Shown: piece by piece, positions 25,194 through 40,000 of the stretch
How positions within the stretch are numbered: position 1 is the stretch's first letter
How the letters are laid out: each line of letters starts with the position of its first letter
DNA from: Adineta vaga
Lineage: Eukaryota > Animalia > Rotifera
NCBI GenBank assembly: GCA_021613535.1
Contig: CP075497.1
Location: 3,100,001 to 3,164,000, forward strand
DNA: 64,000 nucleotides
Direction: 5' to 3'
Program-made: the position numbers and the translations under genes
The notes under the pieces: generated by a model
Told to the model about the DNA's origin: nothing
What the model saw: only the letters and a program-made list of their open reading frames with translations
Database searches by the model: none

Positions 25194-27627
25194 ATGCATA
25201 AGTCGAATGAAGATTGTTTTTATTTTCTTACATCATCTTGTGCAAAAGTATGCCATATTTTTGTAATTCATATTTCAATGTTCATTCTATTCATTTGTAG
25301 GGTGTATCATGCACATATCGACATAGTCCATTAGCACTAGCATCTAATGTAATTTGTCCGTTGTGGACACGTGGAAATTGTTTAGATCCAGCTTGTCCTC
25401 ATCGTCATACTACTTCTTCTCAAGTATGTTGTCTAGAAGAAATGTTGTTGTTGTTTTTTTCAAATTATTTATTGATTTTTATATTAGCGTCCGAGCGTTG
25501 GTAATGGAATATTATGCTTCTACGAAAATACACCAATGGGCTGTCTTAAACCTGATTGTACATTTGTTCATTCACGTCCACGAATGCACTTACGAAATAC
25601 ATCAGCAATTCGACGTAAGAACATTGTTTTTTTCTTTTCTTTATGATAACAATATGTATGTGAATTTTCTTCAGCATCAGCCACAATACTTATCAATAAA
25701 GATGCATCTAAACCCATTATCACCAAAACATCGTCATCTGATACATTACAAACAACTCAAGTCGTCAGCGTGGAAAGCAGTCAATCTGAAACAATAGTTC
25801 CGAATACAACAACGGAATCTCCATCTGTAGTTAAACCTGAAATTGTAACGCGTCGTATTACAGTTTCACCAACTAATGAACAAAAACCTGAACTCAAACC
25901 TTCATCTGATGATAATAATAATCATCTTAGTCCTATCAAATGTATGACTCGTAGTGTTATTACGGATTCTCCAAAACTAGATCAAGATGTGATACCACAA
26001 ATTCAAACGCGAATAATTATAAATCGAAATGTTGTGATGGCCGAACCAAATAATACAACTATTTCAAATCGAAAGATTGTTCAAACAAAAACACCGTCAT
26101 CAACATCAACTCGTGTCGTTGTCTCATCTGAAGCTGTTCATTCTTCCAAAGAAAAACGTAATGATATGGATCTGAGCGAACAAGAAAATAACACGAAAAA
26201 GTTTAAATCAAATAGTCAATCAAGTAAATACGTTTTATATTCGTATGAAAAGCAAACATCATTGAAAATGTATCTATATTAGTTATTGATATTTCATTTC
26301 CTTGTTCAACACCAACGATTATTGATCGTTTGTCATGTGTATCATCAAAAGAAACAACATTCATCAACAATACAAAACCAATTCAATTGAATCGTAATCG
26401 ATTGCCTACAAGTAAAATTTCAAATGCCAACTCATCTATTTCCATTTCAAAACCAACCGGTGAAGACAAAGTACGATATGAAAAACAAAAACAAATCTCT
26501 ACTTATGTTTTCTTGTTTTACTCTAGTTATCTGCGGGTACGTTTGTTGGCATCACATTTATCATTATATCAACATATATATATATATATATATTTCTTCC
26601 CACACTATTTTCTCTTCTTTACAACTACCAAACTGTTTGTTCAATGATGCACAACAGCAGTTATACAAACTCCAGTCTTTTCCCCTTCTTATATCGCCTA
26701 TGTATTATGTATTTTGTATGAATCAACTGACTGAGATTAGATAGGGTGTTCAAAACAAAAATATCTTTGATTATTCATGTTACTCTTCATTTCTTTTGAC
26801 ATGAGATACATCAGGTTAATGGCGACTATATGTTATTGTACATCGTCATTATTGTTCGGTGTTTTTTACTTGCATGAGTTAAATGTATTCGTAGTATTAA
26901 ATATATTCGGACTATTCTAGGAACAGGATTATCAAAAGATGAAGAACGACGAACCATGCGGATTGAGTAAGAAATCTAATGATAAATTTTCTTTGTGCTA
27001 ACTACATAACATTTAATTTATGTTTTTAGACGTTTCCAGAAAAAACCAATATCGCCACCTCAATCAATCGTTTCTTCTTTTCCAACAACTAGAAGTGCTA
27101 ATGATGTGACCACCTCATTATCCAATGAACGTAAACGTACTGCACCAGAAACAATATCGAAAAATTCACCACCACCAAAACGTCTTTCGACATCATCATT
27201 ACCAATTCGTGATAACAATGGGAAAAAACCAACCGATGAAGTCAACACTAAAACTATTTCACAAAATAATCCTTCATCAGTACTTCCTCCTACAAAGAGT
27301 TCACGATCGATACCGCAACCCATTGTTGCGCCTTCGTTGCAATCAAATTCATCGGCTAAGCCATCGCGTCTTCGACAACCACCGTTAGTTCCGGTGACGG
27401 CACCTTCTCAAACAATAACGAAATCAACCGAACAAATTTCGTCAAATACTTCTGAAAATCGACCATCGCCTTTGAAATCAACACTAGAACATTCAACATC
27501 AATTTCTATTAATGAAGAAGATGAAAATCAACTATTAAAATTCAATGAATCTACCGACATCGTTGATACATTTGCATTAATTGATGAAGCTTTATTAGAA
27601 GCAGATAATTTACTTGAACTTATGTAA
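25194..27627 (+). CDS. ZC3H11A: ZC3H11A-like CCCH zinc-finger protein with a long disordered C-terminus
   Basis: Spliced N-terminus NEDCFYFLTSSCAKGVSCTYRH..VICPLWTRGNCLDPACPHRH..ILCFYENTPMGCLKPDCTFVH matches the three-finger array of ZC3H11A. Confidence 0.8.
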
Positions 27628-30600
27628 ACTGTAGAATTATTCTTTTGTATAAATACCTAAAACTTCCTTGTAATTTCTATTCTTTCTTTGTATGGATTTG
27701 TTTGTCTCATTCTATTATTTATTTTTGTTTTCTTTTCATATTTTTGTGTTGATACAAAAAATAGATCATTTAAAAATTAATATCTGTTTTGAGACACATT
27801 GTACTATTGCATAAATATGAATATACCAAAATGAATTTGACATTATTTGTACTGACAAAATCTTTGAAATATGATAAAAGAAATTAATCTATTTAAAATG
27901 TATTTTCAATTGAAAGTAATAATCAATCAATTGTCGATATGAATTATATTCAATAGTGGTGAGCGAGAGAATATTTGATGATTCATTTTACGTAGAATAA
28001 ATCATTTTTTCGATGGTGAAGGTAAGATAGAACGTGAATCAAAAATTTTCATGTGCTTAATAAACTTTTCAGTAAAAGTGAGTTCGATATTTTTGAAAGA
28101 CAACTAAAAAACGTATGTGCATAAAATGATGCAGTTATTGTTTTGATAAAGAGAACAAATAGTTGTTAAAATAGTATTAGGATAGTTCTTATCTTTAGTA
28201 TCTCACCACTGCTGATATGTTAATATGCTCTATTGATATGCAATCTCCAGATGTTGACGAAATTAATACTAGGATTTCTATTACTAAATCTCTTGAATGT
28301 ACTTAAAAATGAGGAATCTTCATGTGCATTCATTAGGATAGCACAGGTTATTCAACAAGAAATAACTTGCTTTTGTCGTTGTTAAATCGTTGAGAAAAAT
28401 ACTGGAGCTCACTATATTTTGAGATGAATAGTAGAATAGTATCTCTTCGAATTCACTTTTATAACGAAGAAATTTTCACGGTTGATTTTTCAGCTCTACT
28501 CCCCCCCTAACGTAATGTATGACGATTATTCTGTTTAAAAAACAAATATTTGATATGAACAAACTAGTCCATCAAAAATGATTTCATAGTTTCCCTCGTT
28601 TTTGATTAATTTAGAATTCATACATGATTGTAAACTTGAATTAATTTGTTCAAGTGTCAATAGATTATTAATGAATCATGAAGTCAAGGTTTTAATCGAA
28701 GGTCGATAAATTAATCCACAAGACAACATAAACATACGATGTCTTTTCTTGTTTAGTTTGTTCTTTCTAATGTCTAACCTTTCATTCGTGTATTTAGGCA
28801 ATCTTTCAAACAAGATTTCTATATCCTATTCTCTTTATTTATTTCTTCTTGTCGAGAGAATATCATAAATATTTTATATGTTAAGTCATGTAAAATGTGT
28901 TTTATGTTAAAATTATAGTATCTGACGACTAAACGAAGAAAACAAGTTAATATTCTTTCGTTAACAAAAACCTAGCTTATCTTGTTTTGTTAAAGAACGA
29001 ACAAAAAAATGATACTTTTTCTCTATGTTGTTCTGTGAAAACAACTCGACTTTTTATCCGTTATTTATTTTCTAGTTATATCGGTCCTAGCACATAGACT
29101 TATTTTTTTTCTCTTCTGTACATCCACAAGATTTCTTCATTCAGCGATTAATGTCCTTCTCGCCCGCTTTCGCCCTTTCATCTATGTATTCTTTTTCATA
29201 TGCGTCATATTTTCTTATTTTTGTCGGTTTACTCGATGTAGCGTCAAGTTTCCATTTGAAAATAAATCGAACTGTGTACATTTTACTCGTTCTTTCAGAA
29301 CGGAAAAAGAAAGAACAAAATATGTTAATTCAATTCTTTTTAAAACGATGCTATTTTTTGTTTCGATTGGTAAGAAAAATGTTTGTCGCAATATAGTTTT
29401 TCTTTTGTTCTCGTTCGAATCACATTCTATACAATAAGAATAATAATAACAACATCAACGTCAGTCAGTAAATGAGGTACAGATCGAGGAAAAATAGTTG
29501 TCCTTGCATATAACGAGAAGAAAAGACATGAGAGAGAGAGAGAAAGCGATGGAGAGAAAAAACAGAGACGATAAATAAATATGAGAATAAATGTGACATC
29601 AAATGAATAGTTTCGTTTGAAAAACTTCACCTGAAGGCACGATACTTATCAGTATATAATTGTTGCGTAGTTCTTAAGTATGTGATCATTAGTATTCGAA
29701 TATCGGGAGAAGAAAAGGCTATTTCATCAGATGAAAGTAAAGTAGTTTCTTTTTTCGTAAGTAAAAATAAAATAAAAATCAAAGCATTCAAACATCCGTT
29801 CACTATTACATCATATGAATCTATATTATATATACGACCAGCAGGTAAGAATTGACTTTAATTGTTTAGTATAAACATATGGATAGTATAAGACAAATAT
29901 TGAACATAGTTATTAGCTATTTTTTCTCTCTTGGTAGGAATAAATGAGTTGATCACTAATAATTGTTATTTGGAAAGAAGAAAGGGCATAGTGATAACAA
30001 CTAAACGTGTGGGTGTCATTAATGACAATAAAAAATTCTTATCGAGACATATTAGATGATTTATGTATCAATTTTACAATAAAAAAATACAGATGGAATT
30101 TAAAATATTTGAATTGAATAGGTACAATTATTATAGTCACATGTTTTTCGTGTTAAAAAGACGAAATATCGAAAGTTAAGTTCGTTTTTATTTACATGAA
30201 AGGAAAGGAAGAAATGTAGAAATGATGATGATGATGATGATGACGAAAGAGAAAAAACGAAAGACGAAAATTACATGTTGTTGTCATTGATGACGTCATT
30301 TTAAATGGTGTCTCATTCACTCATGAAAAGTAGTGTTATTTGTTCTATCGAATGTTGACGCATCCGATAGGAATGTTGAGAAAGAACGAGAAGAAACGAG
30401 AAAAAACGCGAAGAAGAAAGAGGGTGAAAGAGAGAGAGAGCGAAGAATACAAAACCCAGTTTTTTGATAACCAACAAGAAACGAAGAGGCGGTAGTTACG
30501 GCGAGAGAAAAAGAGATGAAGAAAAGTAACAGAACAAACTGCGTTATTTTTTTCTTCTTTTGTCGCGCGCATGCCTTATAATAACAGGGCGCGCATTCGT

Positions 30601-30824
30601 TTGTACGACAGCATATCAACTTTGAGCTATCGCCACTGTGCATTTGCTCTTCTGTACAGTAAATAGTATTTCTGTATACATGTATGTATATGGGTTGACT
30701 GTTGATTTTTTACTTTATATAGATATGTAAATATTAATATATATATATATGTTTTAGATGATTTTTGAATACTAAATTTAAACGAAATTATTATTAATAA
30801 ATATTCTATAGATAAAACATAACG

Positions 30825-33243
30825 ATGTCTTCAACAAATGGTTCTAATCGTCCAACTGGAGTAAGAATTTGATAAAAATTAGGAATAAAAAACATATTTT
30901 GGGGATTTATTTGTTTTAGTCCGTAACAATTCCTGTAGAAATTATTCGTGATTCAAACTCTACTGGTTCTAGATCTCATTCACGACAAAATTCACCATTT
31001 CGAACAGTTTACAATGATAATCCATATGGTGGTTTTTCTGATTCTCCACCATGGGGTTCAAATTCCACTAGTCGTTTTCAACCACGTCATAGTCCAAATA
31101 CTGCCTATGATCGTGTGATTAATAATTCTCAATTCAATCAACCACTACATGATCATTCATCATTTCAACAATTTCAAGATCCACAATATCGTCCTCCACA
31201 ACCAAGGATCTTTGAAACAAATCCATCACAACTAAGACGATCAAATGAAGATCTTCTCAATTCACCATATGATTCAATGCATCCAAGTATGCAAACACCA
31301 TTTACTTCTTTAATTCCTCCATTTGGTAGTGGATTTGCAAGTGACTCTGATTTTGTTCAACCGATAAGATTTCCAACATCTCACCGTCGATCATTCGATG
31401 CACTTAATGATTTTCCAGATATGCATCAAAGCTTTCCGTCTACACGGCAATATCAATCGGAACAGCCGCAGCCGCAGCCGCAGCAACAACAACAACAACA
31501 ACAGCCGTATTATCGAACAACATATCAAACGCAACATCAACCTCAACCGCAACAACAACAATCTAATTATGGAAATCAAGCTTTTAATAATCCGAATATT
31601 GTTTATACAAATGAATTTGGTCAACCCGCAGATCATTATCAACCAAATACCTTTCAAGGATCAAGTAATAATCTTGGTAAGTAGCATTTCTTGAAAAGGA
31701 TACCTTCCAAATTATTTATTTTCTTCGTCATTTATAAAAAAAAAATTCGAGCTCTTTATTTGACAACGAGTAGCGTTTTTTTATTTTAACGAAAATATGT
31801 TTTCGTTCGTTATGTTTGTTCCCAGGTAAACTATAAGGGCAACTGAAATTTCTTTTCGAATGAATTGACACATCTAATTATAAATCATCGATTTGTTTTT
31901 CTTCCTAGAGTAATAAGACAAAAAAAACATCTTGAAATCTCGTGATTTCTTAGTTTATTTATGTTTCTGAAGACAACAGAAGAAGCTTTTCTTCCTATCA
32001 ATCTGTCGATCATTTTCCATTGTTACTCTATCTATCTTGATGTCAGTAGTCAAGTAGAGGACGTCGACAATCGTTCGAGAAAATCAAATCATAATAATGA
32101 GAGATCCATTTACATACACATGTGCGTGCGTACATATATATAACAAGAGAACAAATAGTATATTCTGCTTTTGTTTCCTATCGTTTGCCACGACCACCTA
32201 TTTACAAACGATAATAGAAAGGAAAGAAAAGAAAAGAAATGATGTTAACAGAAACTAACCTATTGGAAGAACGAAACGAAAGAAAATAGTACTGTTAAAT
32301 AAACTACATATAAAATTGTGTTGTTCTTCTTCTTCTTTTTTTCGAAAAAAAGAACTTTTCAAAAAACGACTTTCGTAATCGTAGTTATTTGAAATATTTA
32401 TACGACGATAATAGAAATTAAATCGAATGGGTGCATCGAATTCGAAAAAACGAAAACGTTCACGTGAATGAAATGATAATCTTTCTTAGAAATAAATTCA
32501 TTTAATCTTTTTTTGCTTTTCTACCAGGTGATCGATCTCGTTCACCAGCTTCACAACGAGGTGCATCGCCAGCTCGACCTTCACCCTCATCGCAACAGCA
32601 ACAGCAACAACAACAGCCGCAGCAGCAACCAGAGGAACCTGAACTTAAAATGGCTAGTGATTCAGATGGCCCCATTCCTATGCCTGCACCAGCCTTCTCT
32701 TCAACTTCAACTTCTACGTCTACTTCTTCACCAACTACACAGGCTACTGATTCACACGTTCCACCAACTGATACCGGTGCTACAAGAACGAATACACCTC
32801 CACCGCCACCGCCACCAGAACCTGTACGTGATCCAAATACAATCGCTCTAGAAAAACTTGATCAAATGAAACAAACGTTGGATATTTTGGAAAAAGATGT
32901 TGATACGTTCCATGGTTCAACTCGTCATGAAACTGGATATAAATCACTTGATGAACGAGCATTAAAAATAATGATTCGTTGTGATGAATTAGTCGATGTT
33001 AGTGCTGATATCAAAGACAAACGAAAAGAAATGATACGCAATGTACAAAGAGTCATTGATAAACTTGAATCGAAAGTACCAGCTACACCTGCTGTTAATA
33101 GAAATAGTAATCCCATGGAAACAGCAGCCGTTTCTTCTAATCAATCCAATGTAGCTGAAAATATTCATGATCAACCTTCATCTTATTCAAAGTCGCAAAA
33201 TAACACAATATCCACAGCAACTGAACAGTCAATATCATCATAA
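30825..33243 (+). CDS. BAG-domain co-chaperone (BAG3/starvin-like); exons 30825-30860, 30920-31676, 32528-33243
   Basis: N-terminal IPV motif (SVTIPVEII), Q/P-rich region, poly-Pro, then BAG domain ALEKLDQM..LEKDVDTF.G..YKSLDE..IKDKRKEMIRNVQRVIDKLESK. Exon phases are consistent. Confidence 0.82.
32427..33243 (+). CDS. Predicted short N-myristoylated BAG isoform from alternative first exon 32427-32463
   Basis: Exon encodes MGASNSKKRKRS(R) and ends in phase 1 at c|gtgaat. A 64-nt intron leads to the phase-1 acceptor at 32527. Confidence 0.6.
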
Positions 33244-34344
33244 AAGAAAAGAAAACAAAATATCATTATTGAACTTTCTAGATAGAGAATTTTCTTTTAC
33301 TTTTGGCTTTTTGGTTCTAATTCTTTCATTTGTCTTTGTTTGCCGTGTATTTTTCAGCCTGCTTGTTTCTTCCTCTGTCTAATGTATTTCTTCTTTCATT
33401 CTCAATGTTCTCATTCATGATCATCAGCAAAGACCTATTGTTTTTACTTTTTTTTTGTTCGGCCCATTTTCTAGAGGAAATGTAAATTACAAAAAGAAAA
33501 CTTTAAAACAGTAATTTGAGATATTTGAAAAGAAATTTCTACTCAATCAATCATAAATAGATGTATAAAAAAATACATTTTCTTTTCTTCCTTGATCAGA
33601 GAATATAAATTCGATATTTCGAACAATCTTATCAATATAATACAATCATCTAGTCAGATATGTATGAAAGATTTCCATAAGAATCTTATTATTGTTTTGT
33701 TTTGTAATACATGATATTTCTGACAAATGTAACATGATTGAATTTGTTCTGACAACCACAAAACTAATATAATCATGAATATATATATGCATATAGCGAG
33801 AGAGAGATTTTGAGTTTTCGTCATTTATTAGAATGGTAGATACAATTTCTTTGAACATATACTTATCATTCTTATTGATTACTCAATTTCCATTCTTGTC
33901 TATTTCCGTTTTTCTGTCTTCTGAAAACTTCAATAAACTACGATAGTAAAGTTAATTTGTGCTTGTTGCTTCGCTTGTCAACATTTTTTCTTTTTGTCAC
34001 TCTTCGTAGTTCTTGTTAGAAAATCGATAACGACATTCAGAAGAGAAACTGACTGACAATAATCGTTGAATCGAATAGAAAAATCAATTCTTCTCTCTTC
34101 TTCTATTTCTAAATGATGAGTCCTGCTACATAGATTGATGGATTTTCGAATTGACGATTCATCTCTCTTTTTTCTCTCCTCTCTGATCTAATGATAAAAA
34201 AATCGGAGAACGACGAACAATAAAGCTGTTATTATAGACAAATAACATCAAACAGTTGTACTTATCGATTGACATGAAAGTCGCTTTGGTACATCGAATT
34301 TTTCGTACAATATTAAACATGACAATGATGTATATTTAACAATT

Positions 34345-36446
34345 ATGAATTTAACAATTTCAAATCAATTCTATTTATTCTTGATTATCGCTCTTGGTAT
34401 TTCTTACTTTCAACAAGTATCAACTTCATCGGTATTTACCGGTCCAACCAGGAATAAAAATCATAAAATAGATAAGAACTCAGCAAATCGAAAGAATAAA
34501 GGTGCCTATGATGATGATTCAGATGTCAATACTAACAATGATGATGATACAAGTAAGATTTTTTAAATTCTAGTCACTTTTTCTCTTAGTTCTATGCTCT
34601 ATTAGCATTTACATGATTTGATCGACACTTTGCATATTTTGTTTCTGAAGAATGATAGAAACTCAATTTAAGCTCTTTCTTCGATGACGTTAGCAAAAGA
34701 CGAATGCCTAGAAAAAATATTTATGAGACTCATTCCTTTAAAACTCCATTAATTTACTGTTTTTATCTAGTTGGTCAATCCAATTCTGATGAATGTCGTT
34801 TACGTAAAATGTTACTTGCAAGTTATGTACCTGAAGCTCGTCCTGTTGTTAATACAACAACTGTAACTGTTGTCGATGTTGGTCTTACCATCATTCAAGT
34901 GATGGCTTTAGTAAGATCAATAAGTTTCTAGTTCGATTATTTCGTACGTATATGATATTGAATTTAGGATGAACAGGATCAAGTCATGACTACGAATGTT
35001 CAAGTAACATTAAGATGGCACGATGAACATTTACAATGGTTTCCAGATGATTTTAATAATCAAAGTCGAACCGTCTTTGCTTCACGTGAAATTTGGACTC
35101 CAGATATTGTTCTCTTCAATTCTGCTGAACTTGCCTATTCTCAACAACGTGAACATTATCTATTAACTGTTCATTATAATGGTACAGTTGAATGGGTTTT
35201 TCCCGATGTATTTCGATCCTACTGTGATGTTGTCATTACTTATTTTCCATTTGGTAAGATCGAAAATTATTTTCTCGATCGTTTTTGTTCTCATCTAGTG
35301 TTGATTTATTTAGATAATCAAAATTGTACATTGGAAATTCAATCATGGTCACGACCATCGGATGAATTATTAGTTCGTCATCAACCTCAAAATACTCGTC
35401 AACGTACTCAATATATTCGCACGGAATGGCAAATTTATGATATTTATGTAAAAACGGCAAAAATGAAACGTTATCTTTGGCTTGTATTTCATATTAGTAT
35501 GAAACGTAATCATCGATTTTATGTTAATCAAATGATATTTCCATTTTCTATATTATCTTGTTTAACATTATTTGTCTTTTGGTTACCACCTGATTCAGGT
35601 GAAAAAATTACATTAACAATAACAATTCTACTTGCATTAACTGTATTTCTACAAGTTATTTCTGAATATACACCTAAAGCATCTTCGACTCTTCCAATTA
35701 TTGGTAAGTAGACTATATAGTTAGATACATATTGATTTCATAAATTCAGACTATCGAGGATATATTTTTGTTATCTAGGTATATATTTCAATGTTAATTT
35801 AATATTGGTGCTTATTTCTGTTGTTCTGACTGTTGTTGTCCTTAATTTTCATTATCGTGGTCCAAAAAAATCACGTGTACCTGCTTGGTGTCGGCGTATT
35901 GTCATGGGAAAAATTGGTCCTTGGCTCGGTTTCAATTTCGTTAGTCCTGAACAATTACTTACTTCGATCGTATCAACAAAACCTCGTACACAACGTCCCA
36001 CTCGTCGAGATATTTCCAATGGTGATATTAATCGAAATTCTAAAGATAGAAAAATCAAATTACTCAATCGTTCTACAACACCAGTAACAACTACAGAAAC
36101 TGATTTGGATGAAATTGGCCCACCGACAGATGAACCACAGTCATTAACATATAATATTGAACAGATATTATTGAAAATGCAAAGACAATTTGATCCAAGT
36201 AAAATTGATGATGAACAATTGAAAATTTCAATCTTACGTGAAATTCTCGAATGTCAACGTTTACTTTTAACAATTCATGCAAAAAAACAAAATCTAAATT
36301 CTCAATCTTTATATGATATTTATGAAGAATGGAAAATTTTAGCGATTATTGTTGATCGAATTTGTTTTATTTTCTATCTAACAAGTATGCTGGCAGCATC
36401 GATTATTTTCTTCGTACGAGAACCAATCTTAAAACGAAATGGATAA
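34345..36446 (+). CDS. Nicotinic acetylcholine receptor-like Cys-loop cation channel subunit (non-alpha, divergent)
   Basis: Signal peptide, RPV, IWTPDIVLFN, Cys-loop CDVVITYFPFDNQNC, M1-M2 LPPDSGEKITLTITILLALTVF, M3 VVVLNFHYR, M4 EEWKILAIIVDR. No vicinal CC. Confidence 0.93.
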
Positions 36447-37071
36447 GATATTTTCGATATGTATTGTTTTTTTCTTTCATAAAACATTAGTAGTAAATGC
36501 AAGAATCTCATTCGACGACGGAAAAGCATTAGTATATAAAACTGTTATGAATCATATGATTCGTATTAAGTTAAACAAGTCATCTTTTTATGTAGAAACG
36601 AGAAGAAAAAAAACCTTCCTGAAAATGAAGATGTTCATTATCAAAAATGAATGAAAACAAGATGGAAAAAGAAACTGAACAATACAAGAATATTCTGAAT
36701 TAAACACAGTCATATAAATCAATCATTTTTTTGATCGTTTTTTTCCCAAAATTTTGTCTTGAACTATGAAGGATGATTGTTCCACATTAGGTATTTTTCT
36801 CTTAAATGCTTGTCGTGTAACCATTTTCAATAAAGATGATTGATTTTCACCAGGACGTAAAACCTGTATGATGAAAAGGCACTTTTATTTTTATCTGAAT
36901 TGGTTTTGTATTTCAAAATATGTATACAAGAAAGAAAAAAAAAGAAAGAAAGCTGAATTAAGAAAATAGCACAGGATAAATCAATCGAAATCAGTATTAT
37001 TTTTTCACATATGAAAGTATACGTATATATAAAATCACAAGCAGCATGAAATAAAGTACTTCTATTATTTA

Positions 37072-40000
37072 TTAAGGTGAATCGATGATTAATGAGCGAC
37101 GATAGCGAGCATACTCGATTCTCACCTTTCGATTGGATGGTGATGAATTTCGAATGGGTGTTGTCCAAAGATTTTGTTCTTCAATAGGACGCATTTGAAC
37201 AGCTTGATACCATTTTGGCCAAAGACGATAGTATGGTTGATTTGTTAAATTGTTGGAATTACTTAGGTCAATAGCACGTACGACATGTGCATCAAGTTTT
37301 GTTGGTTGAGAACTAAAACAAAACACATTGATAAAATTCTATTAAACATATTGTTATCAGTTTCTACCCAGCAAGAAAATAATGCCATTTATCGATTTTT
37401 GCTTTATCTTCTTTTGATATATCTACACTTGTTTGCGATGAAAACATAGTTGGTGTACTTGAAATTGATAATGATCGTTGTGTTAAATCTTGAATCGATT
37501 TTCTCATTGTTTCATTCAATAAACCTGATGATGATGAGGAGGATAGATAATTATTATTATTTTGATTAAGTTCAGTGTGAGAATGATATCGTCGGATAAT
37601 CGATGAATCTGATGCTGAAGATAAATTCGGCCAAGAATTTGATCGAATAAGTTGTTCTCTAGAAGATTTATGTGAACGACGAGATTGTCGACGTTTTGGA
37701 CAAACAAGTCCAATTAAACTTAATCGTGATGCAGGACGAACTTTCTGTTGATATCGATGTAATTCATATTGATTTTGTTGAATTTTATCGATTAATGCAC
37801 AACCTGATGGACTAATAATTAATGTAAATACCATTGTTAAACTATTCAATAGAGGACGAGTAAATAATGGTAAAATCGTTTTATTTTCTGTTGATAACCA
37901 TTGTAATTGATGAATAATATTTGTTTTAATCAATTGTAAGTCGTTATTTTGTTGATTTTCAAATCCACTTACTTCTAAATAATGACGATAATTTCGATTT
38001 AATATAAAATCATTAAGATCAAATAAATCGATTAATGAATAGAATGATTGAATTAATTGTGAAATTGAATTGAGTATTGCATCATGTTCATTGGATGTTT
38101 CTTTTTTCTCCGTCGACAAATAATGACTAGAAAACTTTTCGAATTGATCAATTGTTTTGAGAATTTGTGAATGTAAAATTCGTTGTTGAAGATAATATTC
38201 TAATAATCGAAGACCATCAGTAGAAGATAGATTGATATATGTATTAAGAAATGGCCAATATTCACACCAATTAATAGAATACGTTTCTAATGCATAGCTT
38301 CGAGCAACACGTTCCCAACCTTTTTCAGCATCACTACGAACAATATATATTGGACTTTTGGGTGAAGATAGAAAACTTTGTGCACGACGAGCTTGACCAC
38401 GTGTTGAAGAATTCACCGATGTGTAAAATTTCATAGCCTAATAGAAAGAAAGATTGTTGATTAGGTTCGAAAAATGATTCTGACTCTTCTCTGTAATCTT
38501 ATTGTTAAAGATTTAAAGTATATTATGCTGTATATGTAATTAGTACTATTTACAAGTATTATTCGCAACTTTTATGGAGAAATAATATTTGAACGTACAT
38601 CTCCTAACCTACTTGGGAAATCTTGGATACAAGATGATTTTTCTAATAAATGTTTGAGAGTTTCTCAAAGATAAATGGACTAAATTTCATACTATTCTAT
38701 TTAGAAATATGACATGGAAGAGTTTCGTCTATTCTTTTTTTTTCTTAATAATGATAAACGGAATCTGTATAATCAATCATTCTATAGGTTCAGTATACTG
38801 AATAAAAATGAATTCGAATCGGTAAATGATATTTACTAACCAAATCATAAGTTGTTGGACCGGCAAAGGCAATTAATATCATTTCATTATCACATTCAAT
38901 AGGTAAATTTGTTGATGCTTGTTGAATAGTATTCAAAAAAAGTTTAAATGCTGTCTCATCGATTGGTTTGGAAATAATTTTTTCCATTGTAATCTTTCGA
39001 CTATAAATTGGAATATAATACGTTGCTAAAATGAATCAATCTTACAGTGAACACAAACATCAAATGAAATCTTACATTCAAATAATTGACGAATTTTCTT
39101 TTCTTTTGATTTCTCTTTTGCACGGCTACAAACAATCTAAAAAAATCAAGTCTTTCAAATCTTTTCTTTTACATATCTTACATCACGCGCTATTGAACCA
39201 GCTTTATTTATTGCATCTCGACTACAACTTGGTTCGTCAAGTAAAGCAGATACAGCATCATAATGTCCAAATTTAGATGCAAGATGAAGTGGTGTTTCAT
39301 TTTGCTATTTAAATACAAAAGAGAAACACATAAATATTGTTGTTTTAACTTCTTTTTCGCTAAATGAAATTTTCATTTACCATTTTATCAGGTGTATTCA
39401 CGTACATATCAAGAATAAATTGAATGCGTTGTTGTGTTTGTTCTTCAGTATCATTAACATAAAGTCGACGTATAAAATGAACATTTTTAATGGTTTTTAT
39501 TAACAAACGAATGATCCCTGATTGACCAGAAAGTGCTGCTACATGCATACTATTATATCGAACTGAAATCTAGAGAAGAATCCATGTTATTTGTATTATT
39601 TTCAGACAGAAAACAACTTACTTTAACAATTGTTGGTGAATCACCACTGCTTATTAAATAACGAGGATTTGTCCAAATTAATCGTTCAAATTCATTTTCA
39701 TCACCTTTTTCTGCAAGATTATAAAGTTTCGTCAGTTCAGATGTTGGTACATCACTATATGGTAATTTTTCTACATCATTTGTCACTGGTTTTGATGTCT
39801 GTTCAATAGACATATTTAAATCGATGTTATTCGTTGAATTATTTCGAGTTTGCTGAATAAAATTCTCAGCATCATCACGATTGGCAAATATTTTCACTCG
39901 GCTATTATGTTTACTATATTTTTTACAAAGAATGAAAGCACTTTTCATATCATTAAAGACAAATTGATTTTCTAAATTAAAAAAAAAACGAAGGATTTCT

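Noticed and set aside
27954-28211. hAT-like MITE bounded by tagtggtgag / ctcaccactg
   Set aside because: Only a 9-bp inverted match and no 8-bp target-site duplication.
28480-28510. gatttttcagctctactccccccctaa resembling a transposon end
   Set aside because: No partner terminus found in the window.
27060-33174. Antisense and alternate-frame ORFs over ZC3H11A and BAG exons (e.g. 27060-27323, 31391-31657, 31398-31694, 32925-33116)
   Set aside because: Shadow ORFs of repetitive S/T/Q/P-rich coding sequence.
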